A DNA stretch of 43,500 nt, taken from Deltaproteobacteria bacterium TL4 (GTDB taxonomy: Bacteria; SAR324; NAC60-12). Under the pieces are notes generated by a model. The model saw only the letters and a program-made list of their open reading frames with translations. It did no database searches and was not told where the DNA came from. The stretch covers positions 1 through 43,500 of the forward strand of contig JBBCAX010000306.1 in assembly GCA_051382335.1 (NCBI GenBank), given 5' to 3'. The position numbers were made by a program, and so were the translations under genes. The first letter of the stretch is position 1; every line of letters starts with the position of its first letter. Below are positions 1 through 9,955 of the stretch, one piece after another.

Positions 1-194
1 CTTGATGCGATTGGATAGAGAACTGAGGAGCGGGATATAAAGAAGGTGGCTGTTTATGTGATTGAAATCATAGTATTTAAAACACGAACACTTATGGATC
101 GTGACTATTTGTATCCATGTTCAAAATTCGTTTCCTTTCGGCAAGCTTTGGGGGTTCTCATTTCAGGAGGGCACTCCTGAACAAAGGCTATTTT

Positions 195-1160
195 CTACCA
201 TTCTAAAACATACGCGAAAATCAAGGGAACCACAATCGTCGCATCTGATTCGATCATGAATTGAGGTGTATTCACTTCCAGTTTCCCCCAGGTGATTTTT
301 TCATTTGGAACGGCACCACTGTAGGAACCATAACTGGTGGTGCAGTCACTAATCTGACAAAAATAAGCCCAGGTCGGTACCTCAATTTTTAAATCAAACA
401 AGAGGCAAGGGACCACACAAATTGAAAAATCTCCGGAAATGCCTCCTCCAATCTGGAAAAATCCAATAGGCGCTATTGCAGCGTTTGAAGCATACCATCG
501 CATTAATTGAGTCATATACTCAATGCCACTACTCATCATTTGAGGGTGCATTTTTCCCTGAAAACACAAAGCGGCGAATTTGTTACCCAAAGTACTGTCT
601 TCCCATCCGGGAACAAACAAAGGGAGTCGCTTTTGCCAAGCTGCCACCAACCAGCTATCCATCGGATCAATCTGCTTGGGCAGTTTGTCGTATGAATGAT
701 CTAACATACGATACAAATATTCATGAGGCAACGCTGGTTTTTGCGCGGCATACCATTCCGAAACCCAAAATTTTTCAATGAGGCCAATGGCTTCATCCTC
801 AGGAATACAAGTGTCGGTGACTCTTCTTAATTTTTGATTAAACAGATCTTTTTCATCCATTGAGGAAAGGTATCGATATTTCGGAATTCGAACATAATGG
901 TTATGAGCCACTAGATTAAACAGATCTTCTTCCAGGTTCGCTCCTGTACAACAAATCGCGTGAACCTTATCCTGACGGATCATTTCTGCCAAGCTTTTCC
1001 CCAATTCCGCGGTACTCATCGCACCTGCCAAAGTCAAAAACATCTTGCCGCCATTCTGAAGATGTTGTTTATAGGCTACAGCCGCATCTTTCAGAGTCGC
1101 TGCGTTATAGTGGTTGTAGTGACGTTCGATGAATTTACTGATCACTTTTTCCATGGACAC
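195..1160 (-). CDS. Deoxyhypusine synthase-like protein (probably polyamine/homospermidine biosynthesis)
   Basis: DHS-family motifs TLAGAMSTAELG, TGANLEED, IGGG, YGSYSGA-x-PNEKITWGK (catalytic-Lys region) and ESDATIVVPL. Start could be the second Met (1154). Confidence 0.9.
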   Translation of the reverse strand: MSMEKVISKFIERHYNHYNAATLKDAAVAYKQHLQNGGKMFLTLAGAMSTAELGKSLAEMIRQDKVHAICCTGANLEEDLFNLVAHNHYVRIPKYRYLSSMDEKDLFNQKLRRVTDTCIPEDEAIGLIEKFWVSEWYAAQKPALPHEYLYRMLDHSYDKLPKQIDPMDSWLVAAWQKRLPLFVPGWEDSTLGNKFAALCFQGKMHPQMMSSGIEYMTQLMRWYASNAAIAPIGFFQIGGGISGDFSICVVPCLLFDLKIEVPTWAYFCQISDCTTSYGSYSGAVPNEKITWGKLEVNTPQFMIESDATIVVPLIFAYVLEW

Positions 1161-1222
1161 TCCTATTTTGGTTGTTGATTGTTAGGGTTATCGTTACATC
1201 ATTATTGGCACGTTTCAAGGCA

Positions 1223-1290
1223 CCTGGTAACGTATTAATCCGAAGCTCCAGCTTGGAACCAGAGACGCGCTGGCACTTGGGAACCAGAGA
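1223..1290. repeat. Degenerate REP-like palindromic remnant
   Basis: AAGCT-CC-AGCTT inverted repeat (1243-1254) and a direct repeat CTTGG(G)AACCAGAGA at 1252-1265 and 1276-1290, in the divergent intergenic region. Confidence 0.45.
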
Positions 1291-1496
1291 TACGTAACCT
1301 GCGATTTCTGCCCTACGCATACCAAATGAGCCTTCAAATGTCAAAAAGCAAGAATCCTTTTTCGGCAAGATCAAATCCTGTTGTATTTCCCCTTTACTCC
1401 AACCTTGTTTTCTTATAAGAAACAACTAAAAGTAAACCATTTCCCAATCTCTCACTCACTGTATCCATAAAATTAATTAAAGAAAGTAGTTTTACT

Positions 1497-3596
1497 ATGA
1501 CCTCTCTTTTTACTGATATTACTCCAACCCTGGAACGGGTTGTCGGTGGAATTTGGAAAGACAACACCCTCGTGTTTAATCTTTATGCGCCTGATCTTGA
1601 AAAGGTAGAATATGTTTTTTATGCGAACCCTTACGCCCTGGCGGAAGATGTTGAATTCGCTCCCAGGGCTCATGTGATTTTAGACAAGCACCGTTTTCTA
1701 AAGGGTCAGCAATGGCAATGGGAAACTCGTTTGGCAGGGAACGATGCTTCTTTTCAGGAGCTAGGATATCTGATTCGTGTTTGGAAAAAAGAAAAGGGTA
1801 CCCTTGTGTCTCATTGGTGTCTTGATCCTTACGCGAAAGAAAGTACGGGGGGTGAGCAATGGGGCGTGCCCATGGGATTCCTCGTCAATGAGCAAACCTT
1901 GACCCTTCAAAAAACCTCAAGACCTCGGAAAAATGCCTTTGATGGCGTTCGCCGCTTACCCATCATACGACCATCTTTGCCGCTTGCGGAAAATCGGCCT
2001 CCCGCACCGCAGTATCCTGAAAATCAGATGATTATTTACGAATGTCATATTCGAGGCATGACCAAAAGTCCTACGGCTTCCCTCAAAAATGAAACCCATG
2101 CTGGAACCTACCGGGGCTTGGTGGAATTGATTCCCTATTTGAAAGATCTGGGAGTCACCTCGGTTGAATTATTGCCCCTTTTTGATTTTGATGAAAATGA
2201 AAATCCTAATGTATCCCCAAAAAATAAAGAACGGCTTTACAACTACTGGGGCTATTCAACTTTGATGTTTTTTGCTCCGAAACAGAGTTATGCGGCAACC
2301 CCCCAGCGTTGTGTTGAAGAATTTAAAGAGATGGTGGACGCGTTTCATCAGGCAGATTTGGAAATCATTTTGGATGTGGTTTATAATCACACGGCAGAAC
2401 AGAATAAAAAAGGCACTATCGACCATTTCAAATACTTGGCCCCTCATAGTTGGTATCTCCATGACAAGCATGATCTGTTATCCAATTATTCCGGGTGTGG
2501 AAACACCTTGAATTGCTCGCATCCTGTAGTCAAGCAACTGATTATTGAGAGTTTACGATATTGGCATCAAGAGATGGGAGTCGATGGTTTCCGCTTTGAT
2601 TTAGCCCCCATTTTAAACCGGAATCACCAGGGAGAATTAACCGCGTTTCCCCATTTTGTTTGGGAGTTGCGTCAGGATCCCGCCTTGTGTCACGTAAAAT
2701 TAATTGCGGAACCTTGGGACGCGGGAGGCGGTTATCAGTTGGGACACTTTCACTATCATGCCCAATGGCTGGAGTGGAATGACCGCTATAGAGACACCCT
2801 TAGAAAAGCCATCAGAGGGGATCACGGAAATATCGGAGCCTTTAAAAAAGCCCTTCTGGGAAGTCCTGACACTTTCCCAAAACTCAAATCCAGTGAGATG
2901 GCAAGTGTCAATTTTCTCACAGCTCATGATGGGATGACCTTATATGATTTGGTTGCTTATAACCATAAGCACAATAAGGCTAATGGCGAACACAACCGTG
3001 ACGGTCATGGTGAGGACTACGCTTATAATTGCGGGGTAGAAGGCCCCACCGCGGATCCTCAGATCCTGGCACTTCGACTCAAAAAAATCAGAACCGCCCA
3101 TTTGCTGCTCCAGCTTTCGTCAGGAGTTCCCATGCTGACGGCGGGGGACGAAATGGGAAGGACCCAGAATGGGAACAATAACATGTATTGCCAGGATAAT
3201 CCCCTCAACTGGATCAATTGGCAGCAGCTCAAAGACTATCAGGAACTTTTTAAATTCGTTCAAACCGCCATTTCTTTCAGGAAACAGCATCTTGAGTTTT
3301 TGTTTTCAGGCAAAAGTCATTATCAGTGGTATAATAACCTTGGAGAGCCTGAAGATTTGAGATTTCATATCCGGACCTTGATGTGGCGTGTGACTCATGT
3401 GAAACAGCCGAAAGCCTCACTTTGGGTTTTGCTCAATTGTTACCATGAGCCCGTTGAGTTTCGTATTCCTGAAAAGGATGCGCTACACTGGATCTTTGAT
3501 ACGTCCCATCCCGATTTTACACACCAAAAAAGGGAGGTCTCTGCCATCAAAGTTGACAGTTTTTCAGTCCACCTTTATCACCATAAGCTAACATGA
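1497..3596 (+). CDS. glgX: Glycogen debranching enzyme / isoamylase (GH13)
   Basis: DPYAK, NYWGYST, DVVYNHT, NYSGCGNT, catalytic GFRFD, AEPWD and HDG, TQNGNNNMYCQD. Confidence 0.95.
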   Translation: MTSLFTDITPTLERVVGGIWKDNTLVFNLYAPDLEKVEYVFYANPYALAEDVEFAPRAHVILDKHRFLKGQQWQWETRLAGNDASFQELGYLIRVWKKEKGTLVSHWCLDPYAKESTGGEQWGVPMGFLVNEQTLTLQKTSRPRKNAFDGVRRLPIIRPSLPLAENRPPAPQYPENQMIIYECHIRGMTKSPTASLKNETHAGTYRGLVELIPYLKDLGVTSVELLPLFDFDENENPNVSPKNKERLYNYWGYSTLMFFAPKQSYAATPQRCVEEFKEMVDAFHQADLEIILDVVYNHTAEQNKKGTIDHFKYLAPHSWYLHDKHDLLSNYSGCGNTLNCSHPVVKQLIIESLRYWHQEMGVDGFRFDLAPILNRNHQGELTAFPHFVWELRQDPALCHVKLIAEPWDAGGGYQLGHFHYHAQWLEWNDRYRDTLRKAIRGDHGNIGAFKKALLGSPDTFPKLKSSEMASVNFLTAHDGMTLYDLVAYNHKHNKANGEHNRDGHGEDYAYNCGVEGPTADPQILALRLKKIRTAHLLLQLSSGVPMLTAGDEMGRTQNGNNNMYCQDNPLNWINWQQLKDYQELFKFVQTAISFRKQHLEFLFSGKSHYQWYNNLGEPEDLRFHIRTLMWRVTHVKQPKASLWVLLNCYHEPVEFRIPEKDALHWIFDTSHPDFTHQKREVSAIKVDSFSVHLYHHKLT

Positions 3597-5080
3597 AACG
3601 ATCTTCCGGTATTTTACTCCACCCCACGTCACTCCCCAATCCTTATGGAATTGGAGACTTTGGTCCATCGGCGTATGTCTTTATTGATTTTCTGAAAAAG
3701 TCGAAGCAGCACTTATGGCAAATATTACCTTTGGGTGTTCCTTCTTACGGGAATTCACCTTATCAATGTCTCTCCGCCTTTGCCGGAAACCCGTTACTCA
3801 TAAGTCCCGAATTACTGGTTAAAGAGGCGTTGCTTCCTGACGAAACGCTGAAGACCTGCCCCGAATTTAACAGGGGGCCTGTTGATTACGAGCGGGTGAG
3901 TGCATGGAAAAATAAAATTTTTCAAGAAGCCTTTCACGTATTCAAGGCGCATCAGTCAAAATTTCAAAGCCGTTATCAAAAATTTAACGAGGAACATCAG
4001 CACTGGCTCAGTGATTTTGTCCAGTTTATGGCGCTTAAAGAAGCACATAATCTGACTTCCTGGAATCTTTGGTCCGCAGACTTGGCCTTGCGGAAAAAGG
4101 AGGTTTTGGACGTATGGTGTCAGCAGCATCAACCAGAGCTTGAATACCATCAATTTCTTCAATTTCTGTTTCATGAACAATGGGCCGCGTTACGTGAATA
4201 CGCGCATCGGCAGTCCCTCAGCATCATCGGGGATCTCCCCATTTTTGTCGCGTATGATAGTGCTGACGTTTGGTCTCATCCTGAATTGTATTTTCTCGAT
4301 GAGCGTCAAATACCGACAGTGGTTGCAGGCGTTCCTCCTGATTATTTCAGTAACACAGGACAGCGATGGGGCAATCCTTTATATCGTTGGGATGTCATGA
4401 AAACTACAGAATATAGCTGGTGGCAACAGCGCTTACGCTATTTATTGACGCAAGTCGATCAGGTTCGGATTGATCACTTCCGAGGCTTTGAGCAATACTG
4501 GGAAATTCCCGCAACAGAAGAAACGGCCATCCGTGGACGGTGGGTCGATGGTCCCAAACGGGACTTTTTTGACACCTTAAAAGCCAAAATGGGAACGCTT
4601 CCGATTATTGCCGAGGATTTAGGCATCATCACGCCAGAAGTTGAAGCATTGAGGGATGAGTATTCATTTCCCGGAATGAAAATCCTTCAATTTGCCTTTT
4701 TTGAAGGAAAGGATAATCCCTACCTCCCGCATCACTATGAAAAAAACACGGTGGTTTATACGGGAACCCACGATAATAACACGACTCGGGGATGGTTTGC
4801 GGACATTTCTGAAGGGGACAAAAAACGGGTAGAAAATTACTGCGGCAAAAGCTTGGCGGAAGAAACAATCTGTGCGGAGTTAATTCGCTTAGCCTGGGCC
4901 TCTACCTCAAAATACGTCATTGTGCCTCTGCAGGATGTGCTGAAGCTGGACGCCTCCGCCCGGATGAATTTCCCGGGAACTACGGTCGATAACTGGGGTT
5001 GGCGTTATGAACCCTCAATGCTGACGGAAGAACATTCGCAATGGTTGGTTTCCTTGACGGAAATATATCAACGTTGTTAA
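3593..5080 (+). CDS. malQ: 4-alpha-glucanotransferase (amylomaltase, GH77)
   Basis: RSSGILLHPTSL, GVPPDYFS, GQRWGNP, RIDHFRG, AEDLG, YTGTHDN, RMNFPGT; ATGA overlap with glgX. Confidence 0.97.
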   Translation: MKRSSGILLHPTSLPNPYGIGDFGPSAYVFIDFLKKSKQHLWQILPLGVPSYGNSPYQCLSAFAGNPLLISPELLVKEALLPDETLKTCPEFNRGPVDYERVSAWKNKIFQEAFHVFKAHQSKFQSRYQKFNEEHQHWLSDFVQFMALKEAHNLTSWNLWSADLALRKKEVLDVWCQQHQPELEYHQFLQFLFHEQWAALREYAHRQSLSIIGDLPIFVAYDSADVWSHPELYFLDERQIPTVVAGVPPDYFSNTGQRWGNPLYRWDVMKTTEYSWWQQRLRYLLTQVDQVRIDHFRGFEQYWEIPATEETAIRGRWVDGPKRDFFDTLKAKMGTLPIIAEDLGIITPEVEALRDEYSFPGMKILQFAFFEGKDNPYLPHHYEKNTVVYTGTHDNNTTRGWFADISEGDKKRVENYCGKSLAEETICAELIRLAWASTSKYVIVPLQDVLKLDASARMNFPGTTVDNWGWRYEPSMLTEEHSQWLVSLTEIYQRC

Positions 5081-5155
5081 ATCTAGACGCTGAGGGGGGC
5101 TATTTTAGCGGTTTTGTTATAGTTCGTATTTTTGTTTTAATTTCCGGGAAACCTT

Positions 5156-5902
5156 ATGATTTGGGATGATTTGGACGCCAGACTTAAAAATGTTTCGGAC
5201 TTGTTGGAAAAGGACATTGTCGAGGAATTATTAGGTTTGGAAGGCGCGAAAGCGATTGCGGAGCTGTCTTCGATCACACGAACCCTGGTCATTCCAGAGT
5301 CTCTTGTTAATGAACTCCTTCGCTTGTATTTGGAAAAGAAAAGGAACGAGCATGAAGTCAAAGGCGTTCATGCTCTTTTCGCAAAACTTCACCCCGGATA
5401 CTTCAATCTTATCGCCAAGGGACATCGTTTTTTTGACTTTGAACTGACTTTATCCTTTCTCATCATTGACTGTCAAATGACAGAAACCCAACGGGTTATT
5501 CAACTGCAACAAGTCCGGCCCAGTCAACTGTACGGCGTTGATCCCCTGGGTCGGTTTTTAATAGGAATGCTCGTCTCTGTGACACGAATCTTCAATTTTG
5601 ACATGGTAAAGTTCCTGTTAAAACGCAGACAACGTTTTGTGATTGAAGGTGAGATCTATACCTTGAATCTGCCTCATACGTTTATCGGAAAATTCCTGAG
5701 TTCGAATCTGAACCTGCAAAAAATCACTGCCTTGTTCCAAATCGAAGAAATCATCTGTAAGCGGGAATATTTTGATGTCATCCTTTCCTTAAAACAAAAA
5801 CCTCCTCTGCGTAAAACCTTCAGTGCTGTAAAAAACCTCGTTACGCAACAAACCGGGCGCCTCCGTGAGCGAGTGCACCTTGATTTAGATCTCAAAAAAT
5901 AA
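5156..5902 (+). CDS. Hypothetical protein
   Basis: 248-aa ORF filling the gap between malQ and lnt on the same strand; no motif recognised. Confidence 0.75.
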   Translation: MIWDDLDARLKNVSDLLEKDIVEELLGLEGAKAIAELSSITRTLVIPESLVNELLRLYLEKKRNEHEVKGVHALFAKLHPGYFNLIAKGHRFFDFELTLSFLIIDCQMTETQRVIQLQQVRPSQLYGVDPLGRFLIGMLVSVTRIFNFDMVKFLLKRRQRFVIEGEIYTLNLPHTFIGKFLSSNLNLQKITALFQIEEIICKREYFDVILSLKQKPPLRKTFSAVKNLVTQQTGRLRERVHLDLDLKK

Positions 5903-5914
5903 GTAAATGGTGTC

Positions 5915-7543
5915 ATGCCTCGATTGTCTTTTTCAGAAATCACAAAAGTTCAAGGCTATAAACTATTTTTAGCCAGTCTTTCAGGGGGGTTGTTGGTTTT
6001 TTCCTACCCTGACCATGAATATTACGGCTTGGTTTGGATGGCCTTTATTCCCTTATTCTTTGCACTGCAACAAGCCTCTTATAAAGAAGTCTATTGGCTT
6101 TCTGTGTGGGTTGGCATGATTCTGGTTTGCGGTGGGTATCCCTGGATTAGCCATGTCGCGGAACATTTCATGAGGTTTCCTTTTCCTCTGCAGTATGTGT
6201 TATGGTTAGGAAATGGTTTTTTTGTGGCGCAATTATTTGCTCTGATTTTCCTTGGTTTTACATATTTTAAATCCCGGACCGCTTTTCCAACAGTCTTCCT
6301 GTTTCCTGTGCTCACGGTCACGCTGTGGTCTTTTTTTCCTAATATTTTTTACTTCACCTTAGGGAATGGAACATCCTCTTTTTTGACCGCACTGCAAGCG
6401 ACCGAATTTACAGGCGCGTTTGGTTTGGATTTTATGATTGCGCTCAGCAATATTTTAGGATTCGAGCTTCTTCGTTATCGCAAAATACCTTCCCCGCCCT
6501 GGTGTCTGATCCTGGGGGTTTTGATGCTGGGTTTATGGTTGGGGTATGGTCGTTTTACCTTAAAACAATGGGATCAGAAAATTGAAACGTGGGATACCAA
6601 AAAAATAGGGATAGTTCAAATGAACCGTCCGATGACTTACCCTCCAAGTCCGCCAGAACCCGGCTACAGTTATGAATATCCCATGGCGCTGGATTTGAGC
6701 AAGGAACTCGCGAAGCAGGGAGCGGAAGTCATTGTGTGGCCTGAAGGACTGCCGGTTAAATATGGGTATAATAGCCAAGCGCGTCAGAATTATTCAGACG
6801 CGGTCAAAGCCATGGACGTGCCCTTGATCATCCACGGCGGCATGGTTGAGTTTGTTCAGGGACAAAGAATTTACAGGAATTCCTCATTTTTGTTGAGAGC
6901 GGATGGAACCCTGGGCGGGATTTACCACAAACGATTTTTAGTCCTATTAGGGGAGTACATCCCTTGGTTGGGTTATCAGGAAGAATGGGTTGAGCGTCTG
7001 GGAATTCCGCCATCAATTACTCCGGGGGCGCGGTTGGTGGTGTTTAAAACGGCAGGAATGCTCCTTCAGCCCTTGATTTGTTATGAGATCATTTTCAGTC
7101 ATTTTGTCGCCGAATCGATAGGAGCGGATTCCGCGGGGAAAGTGCTGGTGGTGCAGAGCAATGATGGTTGGTATGGCAAAGGTGCCCAATCGGCCCAACA
7201 TCGTTCTTCCACCGTTTTGAGAGCCGTTGAAAACCGGGTGCCTGTGATTCATGTGATCAACAATGGCGAATCCTCTGTGATTGCGCCTAACGGACGATAT
7301 ACCTACCTTGCTGGGAGTTGGGTAAGAGAATACAAGGTGATTTCCATGCCCTATCATCCGCGGGAAGGCGGAAGTTTTTTCACCCATCATCCTGGACTCT
7401 TTTTAAATACCATCCGGACCCTGGCCTGCCTGCTTATTTTTTGGGTGGTGACACGACGTTGGCATGGTTCCAGGAAGTCGGGGCAGCGTAACTGCTCCGC
7501 TAGGATTTTCGGTAGTGTCTTGTCAATCAGCACGGCAGATTAG
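5915..7543 (+). CDS. lnt: Apolipoprotein N-acyltransferase
   Basis: N-terminal TM helices plus nitrilase domain with E-K-C triad (VWPEG, YHKRFLV, PLICYE), SNDGW and RAVEN. The 3' end overlaps convergent rlmI by 21 nt. Confidence 0.93.
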   Translation: MPRLSFSEITKVQGYKLFLASLSGGLLVFSYPDHEYYGLVWMAFIPLFFALQQASYKEVYWLSVWVGMILVCGGYPWISHVAEHFMRFPFPLQYVLWLGNGFFVAQLFALIFLGFTYFKSRTAFPTVFLFPVLTVTLWSFFPNIFYFTLGNGTSSFLTALQATEFTGAFGLDFMIALSNILGFELLRYRKIPSPPWCLILGVLMLGLWLGYGRFTLKQWDQKIETWDTKKIGIVQMNRPMTYPPSPPEPGYSYEYPMALDLSKELAKQGAEVIVWPEGLPVKYGYNSQARQNYSDAVKAMDVPLIIHGGMVEFVQGQRIYRNSSFLLRADGTLGGIYHKRFLVLLGEYIPWLGYQEEWVERLGIPPSITPGARLVVFKTAGMLLQPLICYEIIFSHFVAESIGADSAGKVLVVQSNDGWYGKGAQSAQHRSSTVLRAVENRVPVIHVINNGESSVIAPNGRYTYLAGSWVREYKVISMPYHPREGGSFFTHHPGLFLNTIRTLACLLIFWVVTRRWHGSRKSGQRNCSARIFGSVLSISTAD

Positions 7544-8713
7544 CCCTTTTAGGTAGCTACCCTCCGGAAAATTGAGCGAGGTAGGATGATCCGTGGCCTG
7601 TTCCAGTCGCTGAAGAATCTGAGCTTCCCGCTTTGCGTCCAGTGCCGCATCGGCTACTATTTTTTGAAACAAAGGCGGTTCCAATAATCCTGAACAGGAA
7701 AAGGTAAACAAAATGCCTCCGGGACGCAGTAAGCGAAACGCCAGCCAATTGATATCCTTGTATCCCCTCAGCGCTTTAGGCATTTGGTTGCGGGAATCCG
7801 CGAATTTTGGAGGATCCAGAATAATCATATCGAATTGCCGTCCCTGATTACGGTAATGTCGCAATATCTCAAAGACATCGGCCTGTTCATTGGCTACCAG
7901 GGATTTGTCGATATGGTTGAGTGCCATGTTTTCTTCAAGCAACTGGAGGGTTGGCTGTGAAATTTCTATGTTGGTGAGGTGCTTTGCTCCACCAGTCAAG
8001 GCGTAAATGCCGAATCCTCCGCTGTAGGCAAAGCAGTTCAGAACTTCAGCCTGACTTACGTAGGGTAGCAGGTGCTTCCGATTTTCCCGTTGATCCAGAT
8101 AAAAACCGGTTTTGTGTCCATTGAGGAGATCCACCAGAAAGGTTCGTGAATTTTCCTGAATTTCCACAAGCGGTGGCGGTGTTTTTCCCCAAAGAACGCC
8201 CTTCACCGTAGGCAAGCCTTCTTTAAGCCGAACCTCCGCATCTGAACGTTCGTAGATGCCGCTGTTTGGCAGCAGTTGATTCAGTTGGTCCACAATTTCC
8301 CGTTTCCAGAATTCAATCCCGGCACTCAGACACTGAATCACCAGAAATTCCCCGTACTGGTCCACAATCAACCCAGGCAAGCCATCCGATTCAGCATTCA
8401 CCAAACGCAGAGCTGTCGTGGACTGACTGGCTAATAAAGGTTTTCGTCTTTGAATCGAAGTGTGCAGGCGTGAATGAAAAAATTCAGCGTTGATGAGTTC
8501 TTTAGGGTCAAACGTCCAGATACGGACAGAAATCTGGGAATGGGGGGAAAAGGCGCCTCTGGCCATAAATTGCCCATCCGTCGATTGAATTTCGACCGTT
8601 TCACCAAGAGGAGCCATCTTTTCTGAGAAAGACGCCAAGGCTCCAGAAAACACCCACGGGTGATGTCGCCGTAGCGATTTTTCTTTCCCGGGTTTGAGTT
8701 TGAGGGGGATCAT
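7523..8713 (-). CDS. rlmI: 23S rRNA m5C1962 methyltransferase, RlmI/RlmK family
   Basis: PUA-like N-terminus (RRHHPWVFSGA), ESDGLPGLIVD, GHKTGFYLDQRENR, LNCFAYSGGF, ILDPPKF, FSCSG, FPEGSYLKG. ATG 8713 chosen; GTG 8725 is the alternative start. Confidence 0.93.
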   Translation of the reverse strand: MIPLKLKPGKEKSLRRHHPWVFSGALASFSEKMAPLGETVEIQSTDGQFMARGAFSPHSQISVRIWTFDPKELINAEFFHSRLHTSIQRRKPLLASQSTTALRLVNAESDGLPGLIVDQYGEFLVIQCLSAGIEFWKREIVDQLNQLLPNSGIYERSDAEVRLKEGLPTVKGVLWGKTPPPLVEIQENSRTFLVDLLNGHKTGFYLDQRENRKHLLPYVSQAEVLNCFAYSGGFGIYALTGGAKHLTNIEISQPTLQLLEENMALNHIDKSLVANEQADVFEILRHYRNQGRQFDMIILDPPKFADSRNQMPKALRGYKDINWLAFRLLRPGGILFTFSCSGLLEPPLFQKIVADAALDAKREAQILQRLEQATDHPTSLNFPEGSYLKGLICRAD

Positions 8714-9315
8714 GTTATTTGTCACTTTCTTTCATGAATGATTTTGAGCCAGGATCTCACGGAAATTTCATCGCTCATCTTCCCTCTTTTACAAAAGATA
8801 ACGGCGTATGAGCCATCCCAAGAGAATACCGTCTCCTCGTTTGTCTGAAAAAATAGCCTGTATTTGGCCTCCACAAAAAGTGCCTACAAAATGTAACCGC
8901 TGGGATGTCGAATGTCAATAAAGATTAATCAATGTGCCGTTATCTTACGCTACCGATGTTTTTGGGGATCGAAAAAATATGAAAACTGTAAGGTGGGATG
9001 AGGAAACTTCTCAATCATAATAATCAAGCACCTCGGTTGCTCTTTCTGTGATGAAGGCATTGGCGCAGTCCTTTGTACCGATTGAGACGATGTCTTTTTT
9101 TGATAGATGAAAACAGAGTGATCTCTTTGCTGAGGTTCAAGGAAATGTAAATCCTCAATATAGCCAATTTAGCACCCATTTCAATAACATATGTTTTTTC
9201 TGTTTTTCTTCTTAAGGAAGTGCCATTACTGCAAAGATTCTTCTTGGGCCCCCTTGGTTCCTCTTTCAACGCTTCGTCCTTGAATATTTTCGAATATTTT
9301 TAGTTTAATATTACA

Positions 9316-9328
9316 TTTCAATCAGTTA
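9316..9328 (+). promoter_or_regulatory. Putative IHF-binding site
   Basis: TTTCAATCAGTTA against consensus WATCAANNNNTTR (1 mismatch), with an AT-rich 5' flank, about 40 bp upstream of a sigma54-like motif. Confidence 0.45.
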
Positions 9329-9368
9329 CTAAGAAGCGGTACCCCGTTGGAATTTCCCCCAAGATTCG

Positions 9369-9385
9369 TGGTACACATTTTGTAT
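9369..9385 (+). promoter_or_regulatory. Putative sigma54 (-24/-12) promoter, variant -12
   Basis: TGGTACACATTTTGTAT = GG-N10-GT; consensus is GG-N10-GC. Confidence 0.4.
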
Positions 9386-9440
9386 TTCATCAATACCAAT
9401 GGAAACACTTCAAAAATCACATTCAACTAGAGAGGAAATT

Positions 9441-9602
9441 ATGGAAGTCAGAGGCTTTATCGAATTAGAGAGTTATGCCAGAGCACAAAATGTTGTCATC
9501 CCTAACTTGATGGACTGGGCGTTTAATCAAGTACTTGCCGGAAAAAGTTTAAGTGATTTGGTGAAAAACATTGACGACATGGAAAAAGAAACTTTTTTAT
9601 GA
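9441..9602 (+). CDS. Small hypothetical protein (53 aa)
   Basis: ATG 9441 preceded by the RBS-like GAGAGGA; protein MEVRGFIELESYARAQNVVIPNLMDWAFNQVLAGKSLSDLVKNIDDMEKETFL. Confidence 0.65.
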   Translation: MEVRGFIELESYARAQNVVIPNLMDWAFNQVLAGKSLSDLVKNIDDMEKETFL

Positions 9603-9955
9603 TACAGGCTTTAGGTTAAGGCGTTATCTTTACTCGTTTCAACAAAGAAACACAGCAATTCCCACGGAATGCGGCAGTAGATCTTTCCTCGGTGAAAAAG
9701 CCACATTCCCTGCCTCTCGTGAACCACAAGGGATCCGTGCGTAACGGTTCTTTTTCAACGCTTCAGATTTCATTTTTTTTATCTTATTCTTAGGCAAAAA
9801 TCTTAAACGAAAAAACTTGTGGTTTATGTCATTTTTTCCTAACTTCTCTGCCTTTGTCGCAAGTTTGTTCTAAACTTGCGCGGCATTCATTGAGAAAGTC
9901 CCTTAAAAAACACGAAATCCAGCACATCACCATCCTTTTCCAATTGAGAGCAATT

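Noticed and set aside
162..181. Hairpin TTCAGGAG-ggca-CTCCTGAA after the DHS-like gene
   Set aside because: 8-bp stem but no U-tract on either strand, so not called a terminator.
1135..1425. 96-aa ORF, or a riboswitch, upstream of the DHS-like gene
   Set aside because: The ORF runs through repeat-like sequence without an RBS, and no guanidine, SAM or other riboswitch consensus was recognised.
9024..9269. 81-aa minus-strand ORF
   Set aside because: TTG start, no RBS and non-protein-like composition.
9854..9955. N-terminal extension of DegP in the ORF track (similarly 34759-34899 for the AAA and 19791 for FtsZ)
   Set aside because: Downstream ATGs give better RBS or signal-peptide context.
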